From positions 175,278 through 239,277 of the forward strand of contig CAWESL010000005.1 in NCBI GenBank assembly GCA_963811705.1: DNA of 64,000 nucleotides. The letters run 5' to 3'. The DNA is from Ignavibacteriota bacterium. Lineage in GTDB: Bacteria; Bacteroidota; Ignavibacteria; UBA10030; UBA6906. The position numbers and the translations under genes were made by a program. Shown here piece after piece: positions 28,701 to 37,462 of this stretch; within the stretch, counting starts at the first letter, position 1; each line of letters begins with the position of its first letter. The notes beneath the pieces were generated by a model. That model had not been told where the DNA came from. It worked only from the letters and a program-made list of their open reading frames with translations, and did not search any database.

Positions 28701-29404
28701 TGGATTCCGACAACGGGCCCACCTTCCTTCCAGAGCAATCCTCTCAATTGTTTTCCAATTTCGCCGTAGAAGGTCCTCACGGAGGCAAGGAAAGTCGAGT
28801 CCAGGACCCGTGTCGGGCCCTTGGCCATGAGCCAGTCAGGGAACCCGCCGTTTCGAACTTCCCCATGAGACCATGGACCGATTCGCGGATAGACGTAGAG
28901 TCCATGTCTCCCACACAGCTCAACAAACCTGCGCAGGTCGCGCTGTCCGGACCAATCGAATCTTCCCTCGATTTCTTCATGATGGATCCAGAAAATATAG
29001 GTGGAGACGATCTGGACCCCACCCGCTTTCATCTTGAGGATTTCCTGCTCCCAATACTTTTGCGGATATCGACTGAAGTGAAATTCCCCCATCACCGGAA
29101 GCCACGGTTTGCCGTCAAGGACAAGGTACCGGCTATTCACGCTGAGGGTGCTGCCGTCGGGTGACATTCCGGCGCGTTCGCTCCCCATTGCAAGATAGTC
29201 GGACTCCGGCCCCGCCGCCTGCCGGGTGGCATCAATGGTGAAGACCTTCGTTGCGGGTCCCGACGCCTGCGCAAAGCCCTGCGCGCCACTGACAAGGAAT
29301 ACCAGGATGCAGACCGCAGCGAACGATCGACAAGGGCGCATTGCAATCGGATTCGTCATGGGTCTGTTTGAATTATCGTTCATCGGAATCTCGCCGTTCT
29401 CCAC
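25763..29404 (-). CDS. Fusion: N-terminal GH35 beta-galactosidase, C-terminal GH53 endo-galactanase, secreted
   Basis: GH35 motif GGPVVGIQIENEYG; C-terminal ~330 aa parallels the neighbouring GH53 (LDFHFSDTWADP, VQIGNE, LYWAPE). Confidence 0.8.
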   Translation of the reverse strand: MENGEIPMNDNSNRPMTNPIAMRPCRSFAAVCILVFLVSGAQGFAQASGPATKVFTIDATRQAAGPESDYLAMGSERAGMSPDGSTLSVNSRYLVLDGKPWLPVMGEFHFSRYPQKYWEQEILKMKAGGVQIVSTYIFWIHHEEIEGRFDWSGQRDLRRFVELCGRHGLYVYPRIGPWSHGEVRNGGFPDWLMAKGPTRVLDSTFLASVRTFYGEIGKQLRGLLWKEGGPVVGIQIENEYGDRSANAGEAYLLKLKSIAMDAGLDVPLYTITGWDNAVIPPHAFVPVYGGYPDEPWSGSIHELQPDPQGVFQFHIGTPVGTAGIMQGAIPPAEVVGHTRYPRFTAELGGGMEDTYHRRVVVSSGDIAAMALSTLGSGVNLLGYYMFHGGTNPDGKFTTLQESQATGYPNDVPVKSYDFQAPLDEFGRMNRSFRELKALHLFIEEFGSDLATMTAILPDIIPSGPRDTTTLRVSARTRGDRGYLFFNNYLRHYPLADQHDIQVRLKLPSETIDIPGAPVSIPSQSSFFWPVNFEMEGAILKYATAQPLTRIWDGRRSCYFFVASPGRRSEFVFDATTIDTLRSTSGTVARDKRRIAIRGVLPSTAGAITIKTNSGRSVLIVLLSEKEAENTWKLRLNGREHVLLTPADVFAAGDRIHLRSRDTRSFEISMYPRVHGPVAADVPLRMTDFDGMFNHYVASVEPTTIPVGLKKIRDPRPVPPVKMGKFITWRNCAVATAPDDSTLTRAGVWNVILPKTIPAGLSDMFLNITYAGDIARLSDNNRLLCDNFYNGRTWEVGLKQLGAEALAKGLALSILPLRKDAPVYIPGAMWPAFNGATQIASVKSLTLSPEYEVILTVGKKGPTHPPNVLLGADISFLAAAGRGRYALMPTYQENGKPSDELTILSNHGWKAFRLRVFVSPVRDAPDNSLENTIALARRIKTSGALLSLDFHFSDTWADPQHQDIPLAWRGLRFDALEKRVETYARDVITRLKQAGAMPDWVQIGNEITRGTLWPMAQVQIPGSNRYNPPEPYDEARQWDHLTRIIKAATRGVKDAAGDTPPRIVIHIDQGGNWPVTKWFFDHLEAAGVDYDIIAESFYPEWHHGTLEGLRSNMIECANRYNKEFLVAETGYDSSRVENNEDMLWPVTAQGRLQFIADLLQTVEHSPNGIGVLYWAPERGVWNDDGSPGPTVFVLDSLESLARRPESHVPSAIAP

Positions 29405-29507
29405 GGCCGTTCATGAAGCGATCAATGCTGCTCCTCAGAACCAGGTGCGGGCGGCAACAGCGTCCGCGCCTGCAGCCGCAAATGGCTGCAGGCACGGAGC
29501 GTTCCAG

Positions 29508-31238
29508 TTACTTCATCAGGAGCATTTTCATTGTCGTTATGTTCTCTCCGGCGGTGAGGCGATAGAAGTATGCTCCGCTGGCGAGACTGTGGGCATCAAA
29601 CGTCACAAAATGGGGACCCGCAGCGAACGTTCCTTTCGCCAGGGTCGTCACGACTTGACCAAGGGTATTGAAAACGACCAACTCAACATTACTCGATCGT
29701 GACAGGGTGAAAGAAATCTCGGTCGTCGGGTTGAAAGGATTCGGATAATTCTGGCTCAGGGTGAATTGGAGCGGCGTCCCGGTGATCGTCGGATTGACGC
29801 TGGTTGGACGCCATTGCGCCAACTGCGACGGGAACCAGTTCAGATCACCCAGTGCAAATCCGTCACTTCCTGCTGATTGCAGGGTGGTGTTGGAGTAGGC
29901 CAGGTTCTCAGGAACGGGGTATCCCTGGGTCGTCATCCAATTGCTCGCCACGCCATCCCATGTCGGCGGATCAAAGAGCTGGTAGACGTAGGGGCGGAGA
30001 CCCTTTCCCGCCTGATTGTTGTGCCAGAGGGTATCGACGAACACGGCCATCCTGCTTCCAGCCGTCTGCACAAGCGCGGCGTTGAATCCCGGATCGACGC
30101 TGTCGTTGTTGGCCACATTGATGAACGGCCACGCGGTCTTGTCTGTCAGCATGCCGGGCTGAGAATTGATGAAATCCGGCGGGCGCAGCGGCGTGATGCT
30201 TGCGATCCCGGCGGAATTGAGAGCCTCCCATTTCGAAACGATTTGTTGCGGCCAGAAGTACGCATTGTTCGTGATCGTGATATGACGGCTCGCTTCCGTC
30301 ATGTTGTACGGGGCCGCCGCCAGGGATCGGAGAGAATCGAGAGGGATGATCGAGGATCCCCAGCTGCCGGGGACGTTGTTGTACCATGACACCGGGTAGG
30401 CAGCGGACGAAACGCTATAGAATATGTTGTTCTTGATGACGGCGTTGTGCATCTGGTACAAATCGAACGCTCCTCCCTGCCCCGAGAAGAAAATCGTGTT
30501 GTGCTGGAAGTCCAGGAAGGTGCAACCGTACCCCGCTGAGCCCAGGACATATCCGCCGGTGATGAAAAATGTGTTGTTGTAGAACTTCGCGGTATCGCAC
30601 GGGTAGGTTCCCGGGTCCACCCAGGCAAATCCCGGATTCTGCGGATTGTCATCCTGGTTGTTTCGGAATTCGCAATTGGTCACGTAGAAGCTGTTGTGAT
30701 CATGATTCCAGGTATCAAACAGATTCGGCGTGCCGGCGCCCGAAATATTCTCAAGGATGCAGTGATCGAAGACGAACACATTGTTGTCGCCGGACGGGGC
30801 AACAAAGCGACCGGTGAACGAGATCGTATCGGTCCTCGTCCCCATGAAATACAATCCCCGCAGCGTAAGCGTGTCGTTGCCCTGCGGGCTGAAGAAATTC
30901 CCAATCGAGGAATTGTCCGGAGCGATCGACGGCGCAACGACAGGGGGATGTCCAGTCGTCGGGTTGAGGTAGCCGATGATGGTGACGCTTCCCTTCACTG
31001 CGATCGGTGCCGTCATCCAATAGACGGTATCGAGAGAGCTCGTGGGTTTCAGCAGGAAGACTGTGTTCGGCTTGACCATCCCTCCCGCCAGCGTGTCGGC
31101 ATTGATGACATCATTGAGATTGCCGGGCGGCAACGCCGCGACAAGGACGGTATCGGCCGGCGCCGCGAACATCGTCGATGGCCCCAGTGATAGTGCCAGC
31201 ATGGCCATCAAGAGGAAAAACGTAGATGTTGCCTTCAT
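29508..31238 (-). CDS. Secreted right-handed beta-helix repeat protein with T9SS C-terminal sorting domain
   Basis: Signal peptide; N/G/T-rich repeats typical of pectate-lyase-like beta-helix; C-terminal NYPNPFNPTTEISF…GAYFYRL CTD. Confidence 0.6.
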   Translation of the reverse strand: MKATSTFFLLMAMLALSLGPSTMFAAPADTVLVAALPPGNLNDVINADTLAGGMVKPNTVFLLKPTSSLDTVYWMTAPIAVKGSVTIIGYLNPTTGHPPVVAPSIAPDNSSIGNFFSPQGNDTLTLRGLYFMGTRTDTISFTGRFVAPSGDNNVFVFDHCILENISGAGTPNLFDTWNHDHNSFYVTNCEFRNNQDDNPQNPGFAWVDPGTYPCDTAKFYNNTFFITGGYVLGSAGYGCTFLDFQHNTIFFSGQGGAFDLYQMHNAVIKNNIFYSVSSAAYPVSWYNNVPGSWGSSIIPLDSLRSLAAAPYNMTEASRHITITNNAYFWPQQIVSKWEALNSAGIASITPLRPPDFINSQPGMLTDKTAWPFINVANNDSVDPGFNAALVQTAGSRMAVFVDTLWHNNQAGKGLRPYVYQLFDPPTWDGVASNWMTTQGYPVPENLAYSNTTLQSAGSDGFALGDLNWFPSQLAQWRPTSVNPTITGTPLQFTLSQNYPNPFNPTTEISFTLSRSSNVELVVFNTLGQVVTTLAKGTFAAGPHFVTFDAHSLASGAYFYRLTAGENITTMKMLLMK

Positions 31239-31429
31239 GACATCTCTCCTTTTGTTATAGGGTACGACCTCGGACAGCGTAAATGCGAACTCGTCAAGAG
31301 AACGGCGTATCCATCACCCGTTGCCGGAGCGATGCTCCCTCCGTGGTGACAATCCGGGCAATGGGCCACCTCACGGGGATGCTTCCTTCATGGTGTTCCT
31401 CCTTCCTGTTGTGCATGTGAATTGGTTCC

Positions 31430-34400
31430 TTATTCGGGTCTCCATCGCACTCCAAGGTCTGCCGTTAGTCCATAGTTTGATTCCGACGTCGGAAAGCCGG
31501 AACCACGGATCAGGTACACATCTGCTTCGCTGTTGATGTTGTTCACATCGGCGTACACCTCAAAGCCGTCCCACGGAAGTCCTTGCTTCACCGAAATGTC
31601 CCAGCGGAGGTACTTGTCCTTGTCCGAACGGAGGGAGTTGAAGAAGTTCGTTCCATTATACACTTGCGACTGATAAATCATCGACGCCAGCACGGAGAAC
31701 TTCCCATAGTCGAAACCGAGGGAGAAGTTCACGATGTCGTTGGGTTGCTGAATGAGCCGGTCGGTATACGAGGTATCGACATGGCTGGTGAGGAACGGAT
31801 AGGTGGTGGCCTGAACGGCGAGGTTGTAGGGATATTCGGCGCTGGAGAAAATGTGCGTGTAGTTGATATTCAACACCAGGCCGCTGAAGGGATCCGGGAG
31901 ATACCAAAAATGCGTCTGCCATTCGGCTTCAATGCCGTAGACGTCAACACGGTTTGGATTGTTGATGAAGGTCGTGAGCGAGAACGTTTTGGTATAGGCC
32001 GGAACTCCAGGATACGCCGCAGGATTCGCGATGAAGCTCTGTTGACTGAAGAGCTGGTCGTAGATGCGCTTCAGAAAGGGACTGACCGCGAACAGGCCGA
32101 TGGTATTGTCATGAACCGATACCTGAAAATCGTAGTTCTGGGAACGGGCCGGCTTCAACGCGTAGTTGTTCCACACCACAAAGTGTCCGGTGTTGCTGGA
32201 GGCATCCATGCGCGGAATGATCTGGGAAAAATCAGGATACGCGAGCGTGCTGGTATAGGAAGCACGGAGCGTCAGCCACCCGAGCGGATCATACTTGATG
32301 CTCATGTCGGGCAGGAAATAACCGTGATACTCGTCCTGCGTGACATTCGTGGAGAGGAGCGGTTGAGGATACGGATTCGTGGCGTCCGCATTGCCATCGA
32401 AATGTGCCGCCGTATAGGTGGTCTTCAGTCCCTGGTATCGGAAGCCCGCCATGATTGAGACTTCGGGCCCGATGGTGAAGGTGCCCATAAGGTATTCCGC
32501 GCTCCGGAACTCATTCCCGGTGTAGTCGCTCGCGACGCTCCCATATTGATCCGGAACGTAGCTGGGAACCGGCCCGACGGGCGTGGTGGTTGTCGCGCCG
32601 AGGATCTTCATTTCATTCATGATCTGATCGAGGACGTCGGCATTGACGGCAGACAACATCGCATAGTCGCCCTTGAGGAACTTCCCGAAGTTCATCGTCG
32701 GGTCATAGAGCCCGCGAATCGGAAACGCAATGTTGCCCGAAGGGTCAAAACTGTAGGGCGCCTGGGTCAGCCACGGGAGGGCCTGAAGAAGCCGCAGGCG
32801 GAATCCCGAAGCGTTGTTCCCGATAAGGCTGCCGAACCCGTCATCAAAATTGTAATACCGGGTGGTATACTTGTACTGCCCTCCCCCTTTCACGGTGGCG
32901 GTGACGAGGTCCGACAACTGAAAACTTGTTTCGAGATCAATCGACCCCTGCATATCGTCCTGCTTGTTGAAGCTGCTCCAGGTCGAATTTCCCTGCCATT
33001 TCATGCCGGCCAGGTTCACCGAATCCTGTGCCGCCTGTGCAATCTGGATCGGGTTGAGATGGTTCGGAATATTGGTCGTTCCGGCAGAAGCCTGTTCAAA
33101 GACCATCCTCCACCCGCTCGGCGTCCGATTGTCCGAATACGCATTCGAGAGCTTCGCCTGCAGGCGATAGGCCCCGAAGGTTTGCTCATATTCGAGGATG
33201 TTGGTGACCACGTTCAGTTGATTGGTGGAGAGCTGTGTTCCGAACTGGATGTCATTGCCGTAATTGGCAAGATTGTAGGTCTCGTCGTGAGATTCGTTTG
33301 TCGACTTGCCGTAACTCACCAGATTCACCAGCGCAATCTTCCCGCCGACCGTTTGATAGTCCAGTGTCAATGCGCCATCGTATCGACGCTGATCGGTCGG
33401 GGAAAACGACAGGTTGAGACTGCCGAGGGCGATATCATCGGGCTTGTTCTTGTTGAAGATATAGTACGATCCGCCGAGTTGGTTGGATGTCAGGTTCTGC
33501 CGTTGGGCAATCCCCTGCGCAAAGACACCGAAACGATTGTCGAAAAACCGCTGCTCGACGCTCGCCACAAACTTGTAGTCGTGATACGAATTCATCAGAT
33601 CCTCGTAGGCACCCTGCGCAAGCAGCGTCACCAACGGGGCTCCCGACGCCGATCCTTTGGCTTCCCGAAGCCCAAAGTTCACCGTGCCGCCCAGCACCGC
33701 GGCATCCATATCCGGTGTGGACGTCTTGTACACTTCGATGCCTTCCAGTGCGTTTGACGAAATCATACTCAGATCCACCGCTCGGCCTCCGGGAGTGTTA
33801 GTCGGCGTGGCGTAGATCCCCCCCGTCGTGATACTCCCTGCATCGTTTGCCGGAATCGATATTCCATCGATCGTTATCGAGTTGTATTGCGGCGCAAGTC
33901 CACGGATCACCACCTGAGTCGCTTCACCCCCTGACCGGACCAGGGAAACCCCCGGAAGTCTTCCGACGGATTCCGCGGCGTTGGCGTCCGGCAGTTCCTG
34001 GATGCGCGCTGACGAAACGACATTGACGATGTTCTTGGAACCCAGCTGTTGCGCAATCGCCGTTTGCTGCCCCAGGGCTTGCGCGGTGACGACTACCTCG
34101 TTCCCCTGGATGGTCTGGACCTCCAACCGGAAGTTGAGCACCACAGTTGAATCCGCCGTCGTGGTGATCTCGTGCGTCGAAGTCGAGTAGCCGATCATGG
34201 AGGCACGCACGGTCCACTTCCCGACAGGGATTGCGCGCAGCGTGTACTTCCCGTCGATATCCGCGACACCTCCCATGGACGTACTCACAAGCACGATGTT
34301 TGCGCCCGCGAGGGCCTCGCCGGTCTTGCTGTCCTGCACCCGTCCTGTGAGCGTTGCGGAACCTTGCGCAGAAGCGGCGTAGCAGGAGAACAGGGACGCA

Positions 34401-34453
34401 AGAATCAACAGGATGGACACGATGTTGCGCCGGGAAGCGGTATGAAAACGCAT
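31430..34453 (-). CDS. SusC/RagA-like TonB-dependent outer-membrane receptor with N-terminal carboxypeptidase-regulatory-like domain
   Basis: 1007 aa; signal peptide, CarbopepD_reg-like TGRVQDSKTGEALAGANIVL, plug and beta-barrel; no SusD-like gene follows. Confidence 0.85.
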   Translation of the reverse strand: MRFHTASRRNIVSILLILASLFSCYAASAQGSATLTGRVQDSKTGEALAGANIVLVSTSMGGVADIDGKYTLRAIPVGKWTVRASMIGYSTSTHEITTTADSTVVLNFRLEVQTIQGNEVVVTAQALGQQTAIAQQLGSKNIVNVVSSARIQELPDANAAESVGRLPGVSLVRSGGEATQVVIRGLAPQYNSITIDGISIPANDAGSITTGGIYATPTNTPGGRAVDLSMISSNALEGIEVYKTSTPDMDAAVLGGTVNFGLREAKGSASGAPLVTLLAQGAYEDLMNSYHDYKFVASVEQRFFDNRFGVFAQGIAQRQNLTSNQLGGSYYIFNKNKPDDIALGSLNLSFSPTDQRRYDGALTLDYQTVGGKIALVNLVSYGKSTNESHDETYNLANYGNDIQFGTQLSTNQLNVVTNILEYEQTFGAYRLQAKLSNAYSDNRTPSGWRMVFEQASAGTTNIPNHLNPIQIAQAAQDSVNLAGMKWQGNSTWSSFNKQDDMQGSIDLETSFQLSDLVTATVKGGGQYKYTTRYYNFDDGFGSLIGNNASGFRLRLLQALPWLTQAPYSFDPSGNIAFPIRGLYDPTMNFGKFLKGDYAMLSAVNADVLDQIMNEMKILGATTTTPVGPVPSYVPDQYGSVASDYTGNEFRSAEYLMGTFTIGPEVSIMAGFRYQGLKTTYTAAHFDGNADATNPYPQPLLSTNVTQDEYHGYFLPDMSIKYDPLGWLTLRASYTSTLAYPDFSQIIPRMDASSNTGHFVVWNNYALKPARSQNYDFQVSVHDNTIGLFAVSPFLKRIYDQLFSQQSFIANPAAYPGVPAYTKTFSLTTFINNPNRVDVYGIEAEWQTHFWYLPDPFSGLVLNINYTHIFSSAEYPYNLAVQATTYPFLTSHVDTSYTDRLIQQPNDIVNFSLGFDYGKFSVLASMIYQSQVYNGTNFFNSLRSDKDKYLRWDISVKQGLPWDGFEVYADVNNINSEADVYLIRGSGFPTSESNYGLTADLGVRWRPE

Positions 34454-34560
34454 GATTTCCTCCTTGAGAAGATTGGATCGTGAGGCTGATCGTGAAAAGA
34501 TCGCGGCGTTGACCGGGGCACGTGTCTCAAAAGAGAGCGGCCGGGGTCCGGGGAGACGGG

Positions 34561-35580
34561 CTACGCCGAACTGCGGACGACAAGATCGGTATCGAGAACG
34601 ATGGTCCGCTTTTGATCGTCACTCCATTTATTGTCGATTGCTTCAATCAAGAGTCTCGTCGCCACCTTCCCCATTTCGAAAGACGGCTGGTTGACGGTAG
34701 TAATCGGCGGGTCGACAAGACTCGTGATCCAGTTGTTCGAGAATCCTACGAGCGCGATATCCCGCGGAATACGGAGACCGGCCTCTTTGATCTTTTGGTA
34801 GGCCCCGATCACCACGGGATCATTGACGGCGAACACGGCGTCGGGGAATCCGGAATCGGTGAGGAGTCTCGCCATCGACGCATACCCGTCCTCCTCATGC
34901 ATGCCGCCGTACGGAACGAGCTCCTCGGTGACGGCGATGCCTGCCTGTTTCAACGCATCGACGTAGCCTTCGCATCGTTTCCGACAAATGGCAAGGTCCC
35001 TCGGTCCGGCAAGATGCGCGATCCTCTTGTAGCCTTTTTGGACAAGATACCGTACTGCATCGAAGGCACTTTTGTAGTCATCGATGATGACTTTGCTCGC
35101 AGGCACGTCATCGCACGCGCGGTCGAAAAACACGAGCGGAATCTTTCGCTTGAGGAAGTCCCGGAAATGACCTCCGGTGATCGTCTTCTGGGAAATTGAA
35201 ACAAGGAGACCCGCGACGCGGTGATGCATGAGAAGGTTGGTGTGGACCACTTCACGTTCGAAGCTTTCGTTCGACTGACAGAGGATGATGGTGTATCCCT
35301 GTTGGTAGGCAACCTCTTCGATTCCGCTGATCGCCGACGAGAAGAAATCGTGCTTGATCTCGGGGACGATCACGCCGAGGGTCCGGGTCTGATTGCTCTT
35401 CAGGCTCTGCGCGATGGGGTTGGGAAAGTAGTGCAATCTCTTCGCGAGGCGGCGGACGCGGTCCTTCGTCTCATTTCGCACGTCCGGATGGTCGATCAGC
35501 GCACGCGAAACCGTTGACGGCGAGATTCCCAATTCTCGCGCGAGGTCGATGATCGTCACGTGTCTTCCTGTATGCTTCAT
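34561..35580 (-). CDS. LacI family transcriptional regulator (paralog of 23289-24290)
   Basis: Start chosen at ATG 35578-35580 (MKHTGRHVTIIDLARELGISPSTVSRAL), colinear with the paralog; upstream ORF extension just translates operator repeats. Confidence 0.9.
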   Translation of the reverse strand: MKHTGRHVTIIDLARELGISPSTVSRALIDHPDVRNETKDRVRRLAKRLHYFPNPIAQSLKSNQTRTLGVIVPEIKHDFFSSAISGIEEVAYQQGYTIILCQSNESFEREVVHTNLLMHHRVAGLLVSISQKTITGGHFRDFLKRKIPLVFFDRACDDVPASKVIIDDYKSAFDAVRYLVQKGYKRIAHLAGPRDLAICRKRCEGYVDALKQAGIAVTEELVPYGGMHEEDGYASMARLLTDSGFPDAVFAVNDPVVIGAYQKIKEAGLRIPRDIALVGFSNNWITSLVDPPITTVNQPSFEMGKVATRLLIEAIDNKWSDDQKRTIVLDTDLVVRSSA

Positions 35581-35659
35581 GGACGAATCCCGAGGAGACG
35601 CACGTTGGTTCGATTGTTCACAGTGCGAATGGCAGATGCATCTGCAGGCGATCATTCCT

Positions 35660-35747
35660 ACAATCGTTGCCACAATCGTTACCACAATCGTTTGCAATCT
35701 ACATTTTCCGAGACAAATGTCAATAGAAATCTTATGCAAACGATTGC
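35660..35747. promoter_or_regulatory. Array of LacI-type operator sites: three tandem ACAATCGTT half-site repeats plus full site TGCAAACGATTGCA
   Basis: Repeats at 35660-68, 35672-80, 35684-92; full site 35734-35747 fits the LacI-family pattern TGnAAnCGnTTnCA. Confidence 0.5.
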
Positions 35748-36006
35748 AATCAGCATTCCGCCTGCCCGATGCTGTTTCCTGAACAATTCCCTTCCGGCAT
35801 TGGAAAAGACAAAGTAGAGGAATGAGGAGTCGTCGAGTCTCCTATCGTCCAAGCCACCGGCGTGAGGGGATGTTCTGATGAATTCAGTCGATCAGGAAGT
35901 GTCTGTCGGTGGAGGATCCGACCTGTGTATGAGGAGGGGGCCGCAGTTCAAGCAGCTCTAATGACCGTTTCTTCAGGAGGGAGTGTAAGTTGCTAAACGC
36001 GAGAAG

Positions 36007-36225
36007 CTATTCTCCGCTGGGACTGTCCTCATGCAGGAGCGTCATGTCCCGCTGAATCAACGTCGCGCCACGCCGCTCCAACTCCTTCCAGGGAATCCCA
36101 AGATGTGCCGCAGCAGCGTCTTTCGCTTCCTCCGGCGTGGAATGCCGCAGATGATCCAGCACGATTCGTCGCTCTCCGTTCTCGATGATTTCCACAGCCC
36201 AGACGACGTCATTACGTGAGTTCAT
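36007..36225 (-). CDS. Hypothetical 72-aa protein
   Basis: ORF only; overlaps the next small ORF by 14 nt. Confidence 0.3.
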   Translation of the reverse strand: MNSRNDVVWAVEIIENGERRIVLDHLRHSTPEEAKDAAAAHLGIPWKELERRGATLIQRDMTLLHEDSPSGE

Positions 36226-36469
36226 ACGAAATCCTCTTGCAAAGTCCTTCGACGCTCAATTCGAAACAGCTCCCGTTGTCGGGACAACCAACAATTACTG
36301 ACAGCGCACGTCTCTGGTCCGACCTGAAGTCCGCATTCACCGGACGAGCACCACTGCTATCGTTGCCCACAAAGGAGCCCGTCTCCAATCGACAATACGA
36401 TACTTCGCTCGCGAGCCCCGACCCATTGAACGTCACTTTGTACGCGGCAGGTGGCTGTTGCCCGTTCAC
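36212..36469 (-). CDS. Hypothetical 85-aa protein
   Basis: ORF only. Confidence 0.25.
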   Translation of the reverse strand: MNGQQPPAAYKVTFNGSGLASEVSYCRLETGSFVGNDSSGARPVNADFRSDQRRALSVIVGCPDNGSCFELSVEGLCKRISYELT

Positions 36470-36708
36470 AAGCCAAGGACATCGTAGATCGCAGGCCGGA
36501 CAAAACTTTCCGCCGTCCAGTTCATGTTCTTATCGCCGGTCCACCACCCTTCTCCGGATATTGTTCTCAGCCACGACTCCCCGCAACTCGTGCACAGGAT
36601 CGCTTCGATCCTTTTTCAGAACCAGGGGCAATGGCTGCGAAAGGGCCTGATCACAAGGTGCGAGGACGAACGGCAACGAAAAGAAAATGCCCCTCCGAAA
36701 CAGCGCCA

Positions 36709-37080
36709 TTACGAACCCCGCTTGCCCCCGCGTCGAATGGCACCGGCACCTCTTGGCCCGGGATCGCCACGGTACATTGTCTTTGTCCCGCCATGAACTG
36801 AGGCACCACCGCGGTTCACGGCCGACAGATGAAATTCATCACCGGGTTTCAGATGCTTTACCCGAAGGGGACCTGATCCGAGATCCTTCGTCCGTAGACC
36901 CTCGATGGCATTTCGGGCTTCCGACTTTATGGGCATTTCGACAAAACCATACTTTTGCGAAACGCCGGTTTTCTTGTCTGTTACGACGACTGCCGATCGC
37001 ACCTCCCCAAATTCGGCAAACATCGTCCGAAGGGAATCGTCGGTCACGTCCTCTGGGAGACTACCAACAAAAATGTGCAT
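36709..37080 (-). CDS. RRM-type RNA-binding protein with Gly/Arg-rich tail
   Basis: RNP2 IFVGSL and RNP1 KYGFVEM motifs; start set at MHIFVG (37080). Confidence 0.85.
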   Translation of the reverse strand: MHIFVGSLPEDVTDDSLRTMFAEFGEVRSAVVVTDKKTGVSQKYGFVEMPIKSEARNAIEGLRTKDLGSGPLRVKHLKPGDEFHLSAVNRGGASVHGGTKTMYRGDPGPRGAGAIRRGGKRGS

Positions 37081-37462
37081 ACCTCCCCTCCATCGGTTGG
37101 ACATAACTGCAAAAAACGACCTCTGGTCAAAATACCCGCTTTCGGGCAGAAATACAACTTTGACGCTTCTGCCAAAGCGAAATGCCTGAGGTCGGGGGCA
37201 GGTTATCTATTTCGTGCGGCCACGACTGTTTGAATTTCAACCGGAGCATTTGCGGCCAAAAGGGTGGATCACTGGAGGCTGGTTGAAACGATTAGATAAT
37301 AGACTTGAGAGGAATAAAGGTAAGGATATAAAAATATAGGAGGTTACGGCCATCAAGCACGAGGGATATATCGCAGGCCGTGCATAGCAGAAACCATGCC
37401 CTCTTACCGACATTCAAAAAGCATGGCGCAGCTTTACAGTGCCCTTGGAGGAACCAATGCCT

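Noticed and set aside
31238-31430. SusD-like partner downstream of the SusC-like TBDR
   Set aside because: The downstream 576-aa protein lacks a lipobox Cys and TPR-like SusD features. It carries a T9SS CTD and beta-helix repeats instead.
34561-35739. Long N-terminal extension of LacI-2 (start at 35739)
   Set aside because: The extension merely translates the tandem operator repeats (IVVTIVATIV). The paralog and the HTH position support the start at 35580.
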